A DNA stretch of 56,000 nt from IMG/VR virus record IMGVR_UViG_3300044626_000250, positions 1-56,000 of that record; one strand, written 5' to 3'. The notes below the pieces were generated by a model, which worked only from the letters and a program-made list of their open reading frames with translations, searched no databases and was not told the DNA's origin. The position numbers were made by a program, and so were the translations under genes. Below are positions 20,935 to 28,901 of this stretch, piece after piece. Every line of letters begins with the position of its first letter. Position 1 is the stretch's first letter. This stretch comes from a virus. Taxonomy: Duplodnaviria; Caudoviricetes.

Positions 20935-21651
20935 ATGGCAATACCATCAAGAGGAATAGGCTGGAGTACAGAAGATAACCTGTTATGGCAGATATCTAAA
21001 CAACTAGAGCAACTTACTAATGTTACAGCTAAGGGTTGTACAACCACTACAAGCACAAGTAGTAGCACAACCACCACAACAACCACCTTACCTGTTTATC
21101 AAGTGTATACAGCTTTATTAACACAAACAGGAGCTAGTACGCCAAATGCAGTTGGAGATCTTCCATTATTACCTGGTACTACTTATGAAATTATTGACAA
21201 TGATGGTGGTACAGCTGATTTTACAAATGTAGGTGCTCCTAACAATAATGTAGGAACATTTTTTGTTGCTACAGGAACAACACCAACTAGTTGGGGAGAT
21301 AATTTATTAGGTCAATTACAATATGATTCAGGGGCTCCAACAGTAATAGTGTTAGAGAACACTATTGGTAATATTTATTTTACATATAGAGATCCAGGTC
21401 AATATAAATGTTGGTCTGATAATTTATTTACACAAGATAAAACAACTGTTTTTATAAGTGATACAGTTAATACTAAATCAATTTCAGATCCTTTACAAAT
21501 GAGAGTGTTATGTTCTATTGATACAGGTCAACAACCAGGTTATTTAAATATATTCACAGGAACAGTGGCTCCATCTTATGAAGATGGTATAATAACTAAT
21601 GATGGTAACTTACAGTTTTATGTAACATTTGAAATCAGAGTTTATAACTAA
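20935..21651 (+). CDS. Modular protein: MAIPSR anchor + Cys + Thr/Ser tract + YxVY...EIRVY domain
   Basis: MAIPSRGIG..NLLWQISKQLE; CTTTTSTSSSTTTTTTT; C-terminal domain shared with 24339-24782. Confidence 0.8.
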   Translation: MAIPSRGIGWSTEDNLLWQISKQLEQLTNVTAKGCTTTTSTSSSTTTTTTTLPVYQVYTALLTQTGASTPNAVGDLPLLPGTTYEIIDNDGGTADFTNVGAPNNNVGTFFVATGTTPTSWGDNLLGQLQYDSGAPTVIVLENTIGNIYFTYRDPGQYKCWSDNLFTQDKTTVFISDTVNTKSISDPLQMRVLCSIDTGQQPGYLNIFTGTVAPSYEDGIITNDGNLQFYVTFEIRVYN

Positions 21652-21666
21652 TAATATAAAAGAAAA

Positions 21667-21834
21667 ATGGCTATACCTAGTAGACAAATTGGACAAAGCA
21701 CACAAGCTAATTTACTTTGGCAGATATCTAAGCAGTTAGAACGTCTAATCTGTGTAGCAGCTTGTGGATGTTCTACAACCACGACAACAACAACTATAGA
21801 ACCTACAACCACTACGACCACAACAGTATCATAA
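21667..21834 (+). CDS. Short paralog: MAIPSR anchor + poly-Thr tail (55 aa)
   Basis: Not in the ORF track; read manually as MAIPSRQIGQSTQANLLWQISKQLERLICVAACGCSTTTTTTTIEPTTTTTTTVS. Confidence 0.85.
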   Translation: MAIPSRQIGQSTQANLLWQISKQLERLICVAACGCSTTTTTTTIEPTTTTTTTVS

Positions 21835-21859
21835 ATAATCATATTAAACCAACTACATT

Positions 21860-22876
21860 ATGAAAGAATTGAAATTTATCCAGGCTTGTCCTAGTGACAT
21901 TTATTACACATGGCAAGTAAATTTATGGATGGAGAGTCTTAAAGAAATAGGACACTCTGACAAAGCAATCAATCTAATCTTTACACCTAAAGGAAGAGAG
22001 AATAGAGATAAGTGGAAACAGATAGAAGATCTATATCCAGAAGCAGAGTTTCATTATTATGAAGATGAGGATAATTTGAATAGATTAATTAGTATATACA
22101 TTCCTGTATTAAGACCATATGTTTTATGGAGACATTTTAAATTACATCCAGAACTAAGTGATTGTGCTATATTCTATTGTGATTCAGACATTCTTTTCAT
22201 GAAAGATTTCAATGTGGATCAGTTTTTGGAAGATGATGTAAACTACTTATCAGATACAAACAGTTATATCAATGCTAAGTATTTTGATAGTAAGATCAAT
22301 CAAGTGCTACCAGAGAAACTGGAAGAGTATAAAACTAGAGATGTTCTTGCTGAAATAGCAAGTGTTGTTGGAATAAGCAGAGAAATAGCTGAAGCTAATA
22401 ATGATCATTCAGGAGGAGCTCAATATCTATTAAAGAATGTAGATAGTGACTTCTGGAGTAAGGTGATGAATGATTGTATTCTTATAAGAACCTATTTACA
22501 ACAAGTGAATAGAGAATTCTTTAAAGATGAGAACAGTGGATTCCAAAGTTGGTGTGCAGATATGTGGGCTGTTCTTTGGAACATCTGGTTAAGAAATCAA
22601 GAAACTAAAGTGGTGAAAGAACTAGCATTTGCTTGGGCAACAGATCCACTTATTAAATTAGATACGCACACCATCTTTCATAATGCAGGCATAGTGTCTG
22701 AAACAGGAAATGGTTATCCAGCTTTTTATAAAGGTAAATATCACATGGGAACAGATCCAACAAAAGATCCTAACCTAGATATGATTCTTGAGAATGAACA
22801 ATCAAAAAAATATTGCACGTGGTTCTATGCAAGTAAACTAAATGAACTAAAACAAAAATATAAACTTAATTATTAA
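21860..22876 (+). CDS. GT-A fold glycosyltransferase resembling peptidyl O-glycosyltransferases (GT95 HPAT / GT96 SERGT-like)
   Basis: YYTWQ, YIPVLRPY, DxD motif in FYCDSDILF, GGAQY, WCADMW and FHNAG, in the order expected for these families (comparison from memory). Confidence 0.7.
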   Translation: MKELKFIQACPSDIYYTWQVNLWMESLKEIGHSDKAINLIFTPKGRENRDKWKQIEDLYPEAEFHYYEDEDNLNRLISIYIPVLRPYVLWRHFKLHPELSDCAIFYCDSDILFMKDFNVDQFLEDDVNYLSDTNSYINAKYFDSKINQVLPEKLEEYKTRDVLAEIASVVGISREIAEANNDHSGGAQYLLKNVDSDFWSKVMNDCILIRTYLQQVNREFFKDENSGFQSWCADMWAVLWNIWLRNQETKVVKELAFAWATDPLIKLDTHTIFHNAGIVSETGNGYPAFYKGKYHMGTDPTKDPNLDMILENEQSKKYCTWFYASKLNELKQKYKLNY

Positions 22877-22881
22877 ATAAA

Positions 22882-23670
22882 ATGACACCAAACAAACGTG
22901 ACTTAAAAGCGTATTCTCGCTTTGATGGAACTGGTAGAATCGTACCAGGAAGCACTGTGCTTAGACGTAACAAACCTAAAGTGGGTAATTGGAAAGAAGT
23001 GCAGGCATATGAATGTTGTTCACCTTCTCTAAACACTTCATATAGATGCTGTATAGCAATACAAGCTGTTGCAGATAGTGATAGTGGATTGTATGGTTTT
23101 ACATTACAAACTAGAAATAATGGAGGACCTAATTTAACAGGAAGTATTCAATGGACATCTACAGCAAGTGAGAGTTTTTCTCTTGTTGCTGATGGAAGTA
23201 ATTATGATTTTGAATATGATTTGGAAGGTGTAATTCCTCACACTGTGTATCTATGTATAGATAATGCTTCTCAGATTCAAGATTTTGAAATTGGATTTGG
23301 TCCTGGTAATTCTGTAGCAATAAGCAATCTTTATCAACTAGAAGGCATTAATGAATGGGATGGTGATGATATGGAATTCAATTCTTTAGATTTTACAGGC
23401 ATCACTACAATAACACGTCTATATAACGATAATACAGGATTAGTACATATAAACATTACAGGTTGTGTAAACTTGGAGGAGGTTGAGATAGAGGGTAATG
23501 CTTTAACAGAAGCTTCTGTAGATCATGTTCTTATTACACTTGATGACAATGGTCTTACCAATGGTTATGTTGATATTAGTGGAGGAACTAATTCTACACC
23601 ATCTGCTCTAGGTTTAGCAGCTGAAGCAAGTCTTATATTAAAAGGTTGGGACGTATTTATTAACCCTTAA
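22882..23670 (+). CDS. Modular protein: RFDG...ECC anchor + acidic domain with LRR-like repeats
   Basis: LKAYSRFDGTGRIVPGS..KPKVGNWKEVQAYECC; C-terminal SLDFTGITTITRLY / HINITGCVNLEEVEIEGNALT. Confidence 0.75.
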   Translation: MTPNKRDLKAYSRFDGTGRIVPGSTVLRRNKPKVGNWKEVQAYECCSPSLNTSYRCCIAIQAVADSDSGLYGFTLQTRNNGGPNLTGSIQWTSTASESFSLVADGSNYDFEYDLEGVIPHTVYLCIDNASQIQDFEIGFGPGNSVAISNLYQLEGINEWDGDDMEFNSLDFTGITTITRLYNDNTGLVHINITGCVNLEEVEIEGNALTEASVDHVLITLDDNGLTNGYVDISGGTNSTPSALGLAAEASLILKGWDVFINP

Positions 23671-23682
23671 AATTTAAATATC

Positions 23683-23823
23683 ATGTCAATAAAAAAAGTA
23701 ACCCCAGAAGAACAAGCAATTAGAAATGCTCAAGATAAAACAGTTTCTGATTATATAAAAGAAGGCAAGACTCTTGAAGAAGCTAGAGCTCTTGTTTTAG
23801 CTAACAAACAAACAACTAATTAA
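23683..23823 (+). CDS. Small hypothetical protein (46 aa)
   Basis: Read manually: MSIKKVTPEEQAIRNAQDK...; fills the intergenic gap. Confidence 0.6.
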   Translation: MSIKKVTPEEQAIRNAQDKTVSDYIKEGKTLEEARALVLANKQTTN

Positions 23824-23824
23824 A

Positions 23825-24091
23825 ATGGCAACTAATAACAGACCTCTGAAAGCATATGTTAGATTCGATGGATCTGGCAGAATTGTTGCTGGAAGTTTGA
23901 TTCTTAGAAAGAACAAACCTAAGGTGGGTAAGTGGAAAGAAATACAAGCATATGAGTGCTGTTTTCTTACTACAACCACCACAACAACTGTTGCTCCTAC
24001 TACTACTAGTACAACAACTGTAGCACCTACAACAACAACTAGTACTACAGCTGGACCTACAACAACTACTACAACAACTCCAGCACCTTAA
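23825..24091 (+). CDS. RFDG...ECC anchor + mucin-like Thr/Pro repeat tail
   Basis: Paralogous N-terminus followed by four 10-aa Thr-rich repeats. Confidence 0.85.
   Translation: MATNNRPLKAYVRFDGSGRIVAGSLILRKNKPKVGKWKEIQAYECCFLTTTTTTTVAPTTTSTTTVAPTTTTSTTAGPTTTTTTTPAP
23969..24088 (+). repeat. 4 x 30-nt degenerate coding tandem repeat
   Basis: Encodes TTTTTTTVAP TTTSTTTVAP TTTTSTTAGP TTTTTTTPAP; Thr codons vary synonymously (ACT/ACA/ACC). Confidence 0.9.
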
Positions 24092-24096
24092 TTATC

Positions 24097-24318
24097 ATGG
24101 CAAGAAGTAATAACAATAACAAGCTTAAAGCTTTTGTACGTTTTGATGGAACAGGACGTATTATACCAAGTAGTTTAATTGTACAAGCATTTAAACCTGC
24201 TGTAGGTAACTATGTAGAGATAGATGCTAAAGAGTGTTGTAATTATGTTCCAGGTATTCTTCTTTTAGAAGATGGAGGATCATTGCTACAGGAAGATAAT
24301 GGAGAAATTTTACTTTAA
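24097..24318 (+). CDS. RFDG...ECC anchor + LLxED repeat tail
   Basis: LKAFVRFDGTGRIIPSS...AKECC followed by LLLEDGGSLLQEDNGEILL. Confidence 0.8.
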   Translation: MARSNNNNKLKAFVRFDGTGRIIPSSLIVQAFKPAVGNYVEIDAKECCNYVPGILLLEDGGSLLQEDNGEILL

Positions 24319-24338
24319 CAATATTAAAAATAACAAAA

Positions 24339-24782
24339 ATGGCAAATAAAAAAATAAGTCAGCTTACAGCAGCTGCAGCCTTAACAGGAACAGAATTACT
24401 ACCAATTGTACAAGGTGGTGAAACAGTACAAACAACAGCACAAGACATTGCTGATCTTGGTGGAGGTGGATTACTATACAAAGTGTATTCAGCTAGAGTT
24501 GAAATGAGTGATGGTAGTGCTACTGTTTTTGAAAATACATTAGGAGTTACAATTACATGGACATCAACAAGTGGTCAAATAAGCACAGGAACAGTTGGTG
24601 GACTTATTGGTCAAAATAATGTTTATGTTCAAGTTAGTAGTCGTACAACTACTAGTTCTCCTAAGATTGTAAGTGGAGAATTTAATCCTACTCCATGGAA
24701 TGTAATGGTAAAACAAACAGATAATGCAGGAGTTGCAGATAGCACTCAGTCTATATTTATAGAAATTCGTGTATATCCATAA
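24339..24782 (+). CDS. Virion fibre/decoration-like protein
   Basis: MANKKISQL..LTGTELLPIVQ N-terminal module seen in phage fibre proteins; YKVYSA...FENTLG...IEIRVY domain shared with 20935-21651. Confidence 0.7.
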   Translation: MANKKISQLTAAAALTGTELLPIVQGGETVQTTAQDIADLGGGGLLYKVYSARVEMSDGSATVFENTLGVTITWTSTSGQISTGTVGGLIGQNNVYVQVSSRTTTSSPKIVSGEFNPTPWNVMVKQTDNAGVADSTQSIFIEIRVYP

Positions 24783-24795
24783 CATAAAAAACAAA

Positions 24796-25209
24796 ATGGC
24801 ACTAAAATCCCTATTTCCAGATGACATGATGAAATCATCATCTGAAGGCTTAACGTTAGAAAGCATAGCTGCCAAGCTTACTTACTTCCATGAGCAATTA
24901 CATCTGCTACATTGGCAAACAACATCATATGCTCAACACCAAGCTCTTGGTGGATTATATGATTATGTTCATGACTTCAAAGATGGATTGGTTGAAAAGA
25001 TTATGGGATATACAGGTAAAAGACCTAGTCCATATAAAATAGAACCATTAATAAATTGCACAGGAGAGCAGTGCGTTAGTAATCTTTTATCTTTTGCATC
25101 AGCTTTAAAGATGTATGGTGAGAAGAATGGTTATCATGATGTATGTAATCTAGCAGATTCATTATCAGGAGAAGCAGCTAAAACTAAATACCTATTAACA
25201 TTGTCATAA
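24796..25209 (+). CDS. Ferritin/Dps-like protein (DUF5856-like)
   Basis: QLHLLHWQTTSYAQHQALGGLYD...DGLVE and terminal KTKYLLTL. ATG 24796 preferred over 24769. Confidence 0.8.
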   Translation: MALKSLFPDDMMKSSSEGLTLESIAAKLTYFHEQLHLLHWQTTSYAQHQALGGLYDYVHDFKDGLVEKIMGYTGKRPSPYKIEPLINCTGEQCVSNLLSFASALKMYGEKNGYHDVCNLADSLSGEAAKTKYLLTLS

Positions 25210-25496
25210 TGGAGATAAACAGAAAACATTTTCCTAAGGTGATGCAAGATAATGATGAAGTTTTTCTTGCACACTTGGAAGGTGTTATCTCTTCTGTTGA
25301 TGAACTCTGTAGTCTGGAGATAACAAAAAATCCTGACAGCTATAGATTCAGAATAGCAGCTAGTCATCCAATGTACAACAATATGCTTATAGAAGAAATT
25401 CTTAAATTTTGCAATATGTTTAAAATAAGAATAGATATGAGCAAGAGTATTAAAACATCAAGTGTTATAACATTTGAAATAAATTTAGAGAGTTAA
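25209..25496 (+). CDS. Hypothetical protein
   Basis: 95 aa, TAATG-coupled to the previous gene. Confidence 0.65.
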   Translation: MEINRKHFPKVMQDNDEVFLAHLEGVISSVDELCSLEITKNPDSYRFRIAASHPMYNNMLIEEILKFCNMFKIRIDMSKSIKTSSVITFEINLES

Positions 25497-25516
25497 AATA
25501 TTATTTTATATATTTA
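25485..25516 (+). promoter_or_regulatory. Bacteroidota-type promoter TTAG-N20-TATATTTA
   Basis: Near-consensus -33/-7 elements with a 20-nt spacer, upstream of 25544. Confidence 0.55.
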
Positions 25517-25543
25517 CAATTAATTTTAAAACCAAATTACATT

Positions 25544-25783
25544 ATGGCACAGTATGATCCTAACAAGAGATACACTTGGCAACCAGAAGACAAATTCGAA
25601 TTCAATGGAAGAGAATTTGGTCTAATTCTTAATTCTTTAAGAGCTATTCTTAATACAGAAGAAGCTGCAAAGATTTTATTAGCTCAACAAGCTAATGCTG
25701 CTATTGAGGGAGTTATGGCAAAAAATGTTGAATTAGACATTGTTAAAGAAGCAATGGAAGAGGTTTCTTCTAAAGATCTTTAA
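25544..25783 (+). CDS. Hypothetical protein
   Basis: 79-aa ORF with an A-rich leader. Confidence 0.65.
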   Translation: MAQYDPNKRYTWQPEDKFEFNGREFGLILNSLRAILNTEEAAKILLAQQANAAIEGVMAKNVELDIVKEAMEEVSSKDL

Positions 25784-25840
25784 AAAACAGTTCTGGTTGG
25801 GTGATTAAGAACCAGATGTAGATAATATAAGCACTTCTCT

Positions 25841-26056
25841 ATGAGAATATATGAACCAAAAAATAGAATAGATGTTATAACACCTAGGGGAGAAGGTATC
25901 ATCTGGTTAGTGACTGATTATGGTCATGAGACAGATACCATCTATACAATTATAATTAATTCAACAGGTGAGATGTGGCAATACACTCACAAAGATATAA
26001 TAGTTAAACCCAATATAACATTTAAACGCTATGATGACAACAAATCCAACAGGTAA
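25841..26056 (+). CDS. Hypothetical protein
   Basis: 71 aa; TPRGEG..WLVTDYG. Confidence 0.6.
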   Translation: MRIYEPKNRIDVITPRGEGIIWLVTDYGHETDTIYTIIINSTGEMWQYTHKDIIVKPNITFKRYDDNKSNR

Positions 26057-26981
26057 ATCTGTTAAAAAAACTCCTGTTAAGAAAACTTCAACAGTTAAAA
26101 AAACTCCATCCACTAAAAAATTAGGCAATACTTCTCTTATACCTGGTATGGGTATGACTACTGTATCAGGATATGAAAATATGAGTGCTAAAAAAGGTGT
26201 TTCTATTAAGAAAGCACAAGATGGTACTCTTCAACCTATGGGTGAAAATTCTCGTAAAGTTGGTGAACGTAAATATGTTTCTGAAGATGGAAATTATAAA
26301 ATGAAATTTAAAGGAAAGGATGCTGATGGTTCTACTAGTGCTGTCCAAAGAAGAACATTAAAAGGGTTTTTAAAAGGAGCACCTAAAGCTGCTGGTAAAA
26401 TGAAAATGAAAAATGGTGGAGCAACTTTAAGACAAGCTCCAAAATCAACAATGGAAAAAATCTCTAGTACAAAACTAAAAGATGTTCCAGAAAAAGCAGT
26501 TAATGTTGCTAAAAAATTCATTAAATCAGGAAAAGATAAAGTTAGAAACACTATTAATAAAGTAAAAAATACTACTGTAGGAGAAGCTGCTGAAAATGCT
26601 GTAGAATTATTTACTGGATATAATCCTAATAGAAAACCTATTAAAAAAGCAGACAAAGTATTATCTGCTATGGCTAAGAGAAATGGTGGTAAAGTGGGTA
26701 AAATGAGAAATGGTGGTTCTGTTAAAAATATTTCTGCTGGACCTTCTAAAAAATCTCCTACTGCTTCTAAAGTAGATCCTAAAGGAGCATATACAAAAGT
26801 ACAAGAACGTACACTTGGAAATATGAAAATGGGTGGTTCTTTAAAGAAACCTTCTGATGATCAAAAAGGTTTAAAAGCACTTCCTACACCTGTTAGAAAT
26901 AAAATGGGCTATCAAAAAAATGGTGGTGCTACTAAAATGATGAAATCAGGTGGTAAAATGAAAAAAGGCAAAAGCTGTTAA
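26031..26981 (+). CDS. Lys-rich basic protein with repeated (M/A)-(K/R/Q)-x-G(G) motifs
   Basis: KKAQDG, KMKNGG, AKRNGG, KMRNGG, NMKMGG, YQKNGG, MMKSGG. Confidence 0.75.
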   Translation: MMTTNPTGKSVKKTPVKKTSTVKKTPSTKKLGNTSLIPGMGMTTVSGYENMSAKKGVSIKKAQDGTLQPMGENSRKVGERKYVSEDGNYKMKFKGKDADGSTSAVQRRTLKGFLKGAPKAAGKMKMKNGGATLRQAPKSTMEKISSTKLKDVPEKAVNVAKKFIKSGKDKVRNTINKVKNTTVGEAAENAVELFTGYNPNRKPIKKADKVLSAMAKRNGGKVGKMRNGGSVKNISAGPSKKSPTASKVDPKGAYTKVQERTLGNMKMGGSLKKPSDDQKGLKALPTPVRNKMGYQKNGGATKMMKSGGKMKKGKSC

Positions 26982-26984
26982 GCC

Positions 26985-27248
26985 ATGGCTACAGCTAAAA
27001 AGATTAGTTGCTTGGAAGGATATGCTAAAAAAGGCACAAAGAAAAAAGGCAATAAGACAGTGAACAACTGTGTTAAAATCACGCCTAAAGCTAAAGATGG
27101 TAAATGGATACAAAAAGCTACAGCCTCTATTAAACGTAGAGGAACTGAAGGCAAATGTACACCTATCACTAAACCTGGTTGTACTGGTAGAGCTAAAGCT
27201 CTTGCAAAAACTTTCAAAAAAATTGCTAAATCTAATAAAAAGAAATAA
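26985..27248 (+). CDS. Small Lys-rich basic protein
   Basis: KAKDGKWIQKA...GRAKALAKTFKK. Confidence 0.75.
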   Translation: MATAKKISCLEGYAKKGTKKKGNKTVNNCVKITPKAKDGKWIQKATASIKRRGTEGKCTPITKPGCTGRAKALAKTFKKIAKSNKKK

Positions 27249-27742
27249 TGGCTAAAATAACAAAAGTTCCTAATGGTCCTCTTATTAAGAAGAAAGGCCC
27301 TTTTAAAGGAAGTACGTTAAAGACTGGTGGTCCTGTTAAAAAAGCACAGAATGGTGTCTCCACCACTACAAAACCTAATTATAGTAATATGAAAACTACT
27401 AAAAAAAGTTTTTTTAAGGATAAGGAATACACTCCAACAGCTATAGATAGTTCATATTACAGACAAGGTTTTGATATGGCAACAAAAGGAAAATCTTCTA
27501 TACCTGCTTATGATATGAAAACTACACAAGGTTTACGTGGATACGAAGAAGCTACTAAGAGAGGTTTAAATCCAAAGAAAAAACCTAAAGCTAAGACTGG
27601 TGCAATGATTAAACGTGCTGATGGTTCATATTCAAAACGTGGATTATGGGATAACATAAGAGCTAATAAAGGATCTGGAAAGAAACCTACAAAGCAAATG
27701 CTTGTACAAGAACGTAAAATAAAAGCTAAATCTAAGAAATAA
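27248..27742 (+). CDS. Lys-rich basic protein
   Basis: LKTGG, KKAQNG, KAKTG motifs; C-terminal RGLWDNIRANKGSGKKP. Confidence 0.75.
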   Translation: MAKITKVPNGPLIKKKGPFKGSTLKTGGPVKKAQNGVSTTTKPNYSNMKTTKKSFFKDKEYTPTAIDSSYYRQGFDMATKGKSSIPAYDMKTTQGLRGYEEATKRGLNPKKKPKAKTGAMIKRADGSYSKRGLWDNIRANKGSGKKPTKQMLVQERKIKAKSKK

Positions 27743-28380
27743 TGCCTACATTTATTAAAACTGGTTTTTGGGAAAATAGAACTCTTCCAAAACAAGGATA
27801 CAAAGGAGAATTAAATCTTGATTATTTTGTATCCACACTAATACCTGCTGTTACATATGCAGAAGTGATTTCAGCATTAGGTTATACACCTGAAGATAAG
27901 TCTATGAGTGCTTATTCAATGCGAGTGAATAATACAAATGCCACTGCAAATGCTACTCAAACAACGTATAGAAGTCCTGGAATTCAGACATACACTGGTT
28001 CTATAGCTTGGACTGGAACAACTGCTCCAAGTGGAGCAACAAATCATTCTTATAATTGGACACAAATAGGAAATTTGGTCACTTTAAACATTACACTAAA
28101 ATATGCAGTAGCTGGATCTGCATTAACTATAGCTCTTATAGATTTACCATCTGATTGTCCAAGTCCTATTAGACCAAGTGGATTAACTTCTGCTGCTGAA
28201 AAATTGTATATTGGATCTGGAAGATTTAGTGTAAGTACTACAGCCCAATCATCTACACCATTTACAGAAGCAAGTATTAGAAATAATAGTACAGTTACTG
28301 GTTTTCAAGTTTTTATGCAGAATGCAGCTGCTTTGGGAGTTACATTAGCACAAGTTACAATACAATACTATACATCATGA
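27742..28380 (+). CDS. Short fibre-like protein
   Basis: EVISALGYTP linker; YNWTQIGNLVTL...LPS.P C-terminal beta-domain typical of fibre tips. Confidence 0.65.
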   Translation: MPTFIKTGFWENRTLPKQGYKGELNLDYFVSTLIPAVTYAEVISALGYTPEDKSMSAYSMRVNNTNATANATQTTYRSPGIQTYTGSIAWTGTTAPSGATNHSYNWTQIGNLVTLNITLKYAVAGSALTIALIDLPSDCPSPIRPSGLTSAAEKLYIGSGRFSVSTTAQSSTPFTEASIRNNSTVTGFQVFMQNAAALGVTLAQVTIQYYTS

Positions 28381-28541
28381 GACATATAAAACAAAAAGTA
28401 GAAACACCATACATAGTGGTGTTGGCAGAAGAACCATTAGAACAACATCTTTCTATAACAACCTTTCCAGATCTTTTTGAAATTGTAGATAATGAACTAC
28501 CACAAATAGTAGAGTATCTAAATTTTCAAAATGGAAACTAA
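28377..28541 (+). CDS. Small hypothetical protein (54 aa)
   Basis: Read manually: MRHIKQKVETPYIVVLAEEPLEQHLSI...; ATGA overlap with the fibre gene. Confidence 0.6.
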   Translation: MRHIKQKVETPYIVVLAEEPLEQHLSITTFPDLFEIVDNELPQIVEYLNFQNGN

Positions 28542-28556
28542 TATCATAAAATAGTT

Positions 28557-28835
28557 ATGGCAACACCAGCATGGCAAAGAAAAGAAGGAAAGAATCCTTC
28601 TGGAGGACTAAATGCTAAAGGCGTAGCTTCATATAGAAAAGCTAATCCTGGAAGCAAACTTAAAACAGCTGTTACAACAAAACCTTCTAAGCTTAAAGCT
28701 GGAAGCAAGGCTGCAGGAAGACGTAAGTCATTTTGTAGTAGAATGTCAGGTATGAAGAAGAAACTCACATCTGCTAAGACAGCAAATGACCCAAACTCAA
28801 GAATCAATAAAAGCTTGAGAAAATGGAACTGTTAA
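28557..28835 (+). CDS. Basic phage protein (DUF6321-like)
   Basis: AWQRKEGKNPSGGLNAKG...RRKSFCSRMSGM...SRINKSLRKWNC. Confidence 0.75.
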   Translation: MATPAWQRKEGKNPSGGLNAKGVASYRKANPGSKLKTAVTTKPSKLKAGSKAAGRRKSFCSRMSGMKKKLTSAKTANDPNSRINKSLRKWNC

Positions 28836-28901
28836 TAACAAACTAAATAACTTCTTTGGTTATTTACAAAAAGCAATATCAACAATATAATAATGTAAAT
28901 T

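Noticed and set aside
20904-23982. Minus-strand poly-Val ORFs (20904-21086, 21648-21842, 23797-23982)
   Set aside because: They are the reverse complements of the poly-Thr codon tracts.
23969-24088. CRISPR-like array or DGR repeat
   Set aside because: In-frame coding repeats without unique spacers; no cas or reverse transcriptase gene in the window.
25792-25816. TCTGGTT/AACCAGA inverted repeat as a terminator
   Set aside because: Weak stem, long loop and no U-tract on the coding strand.
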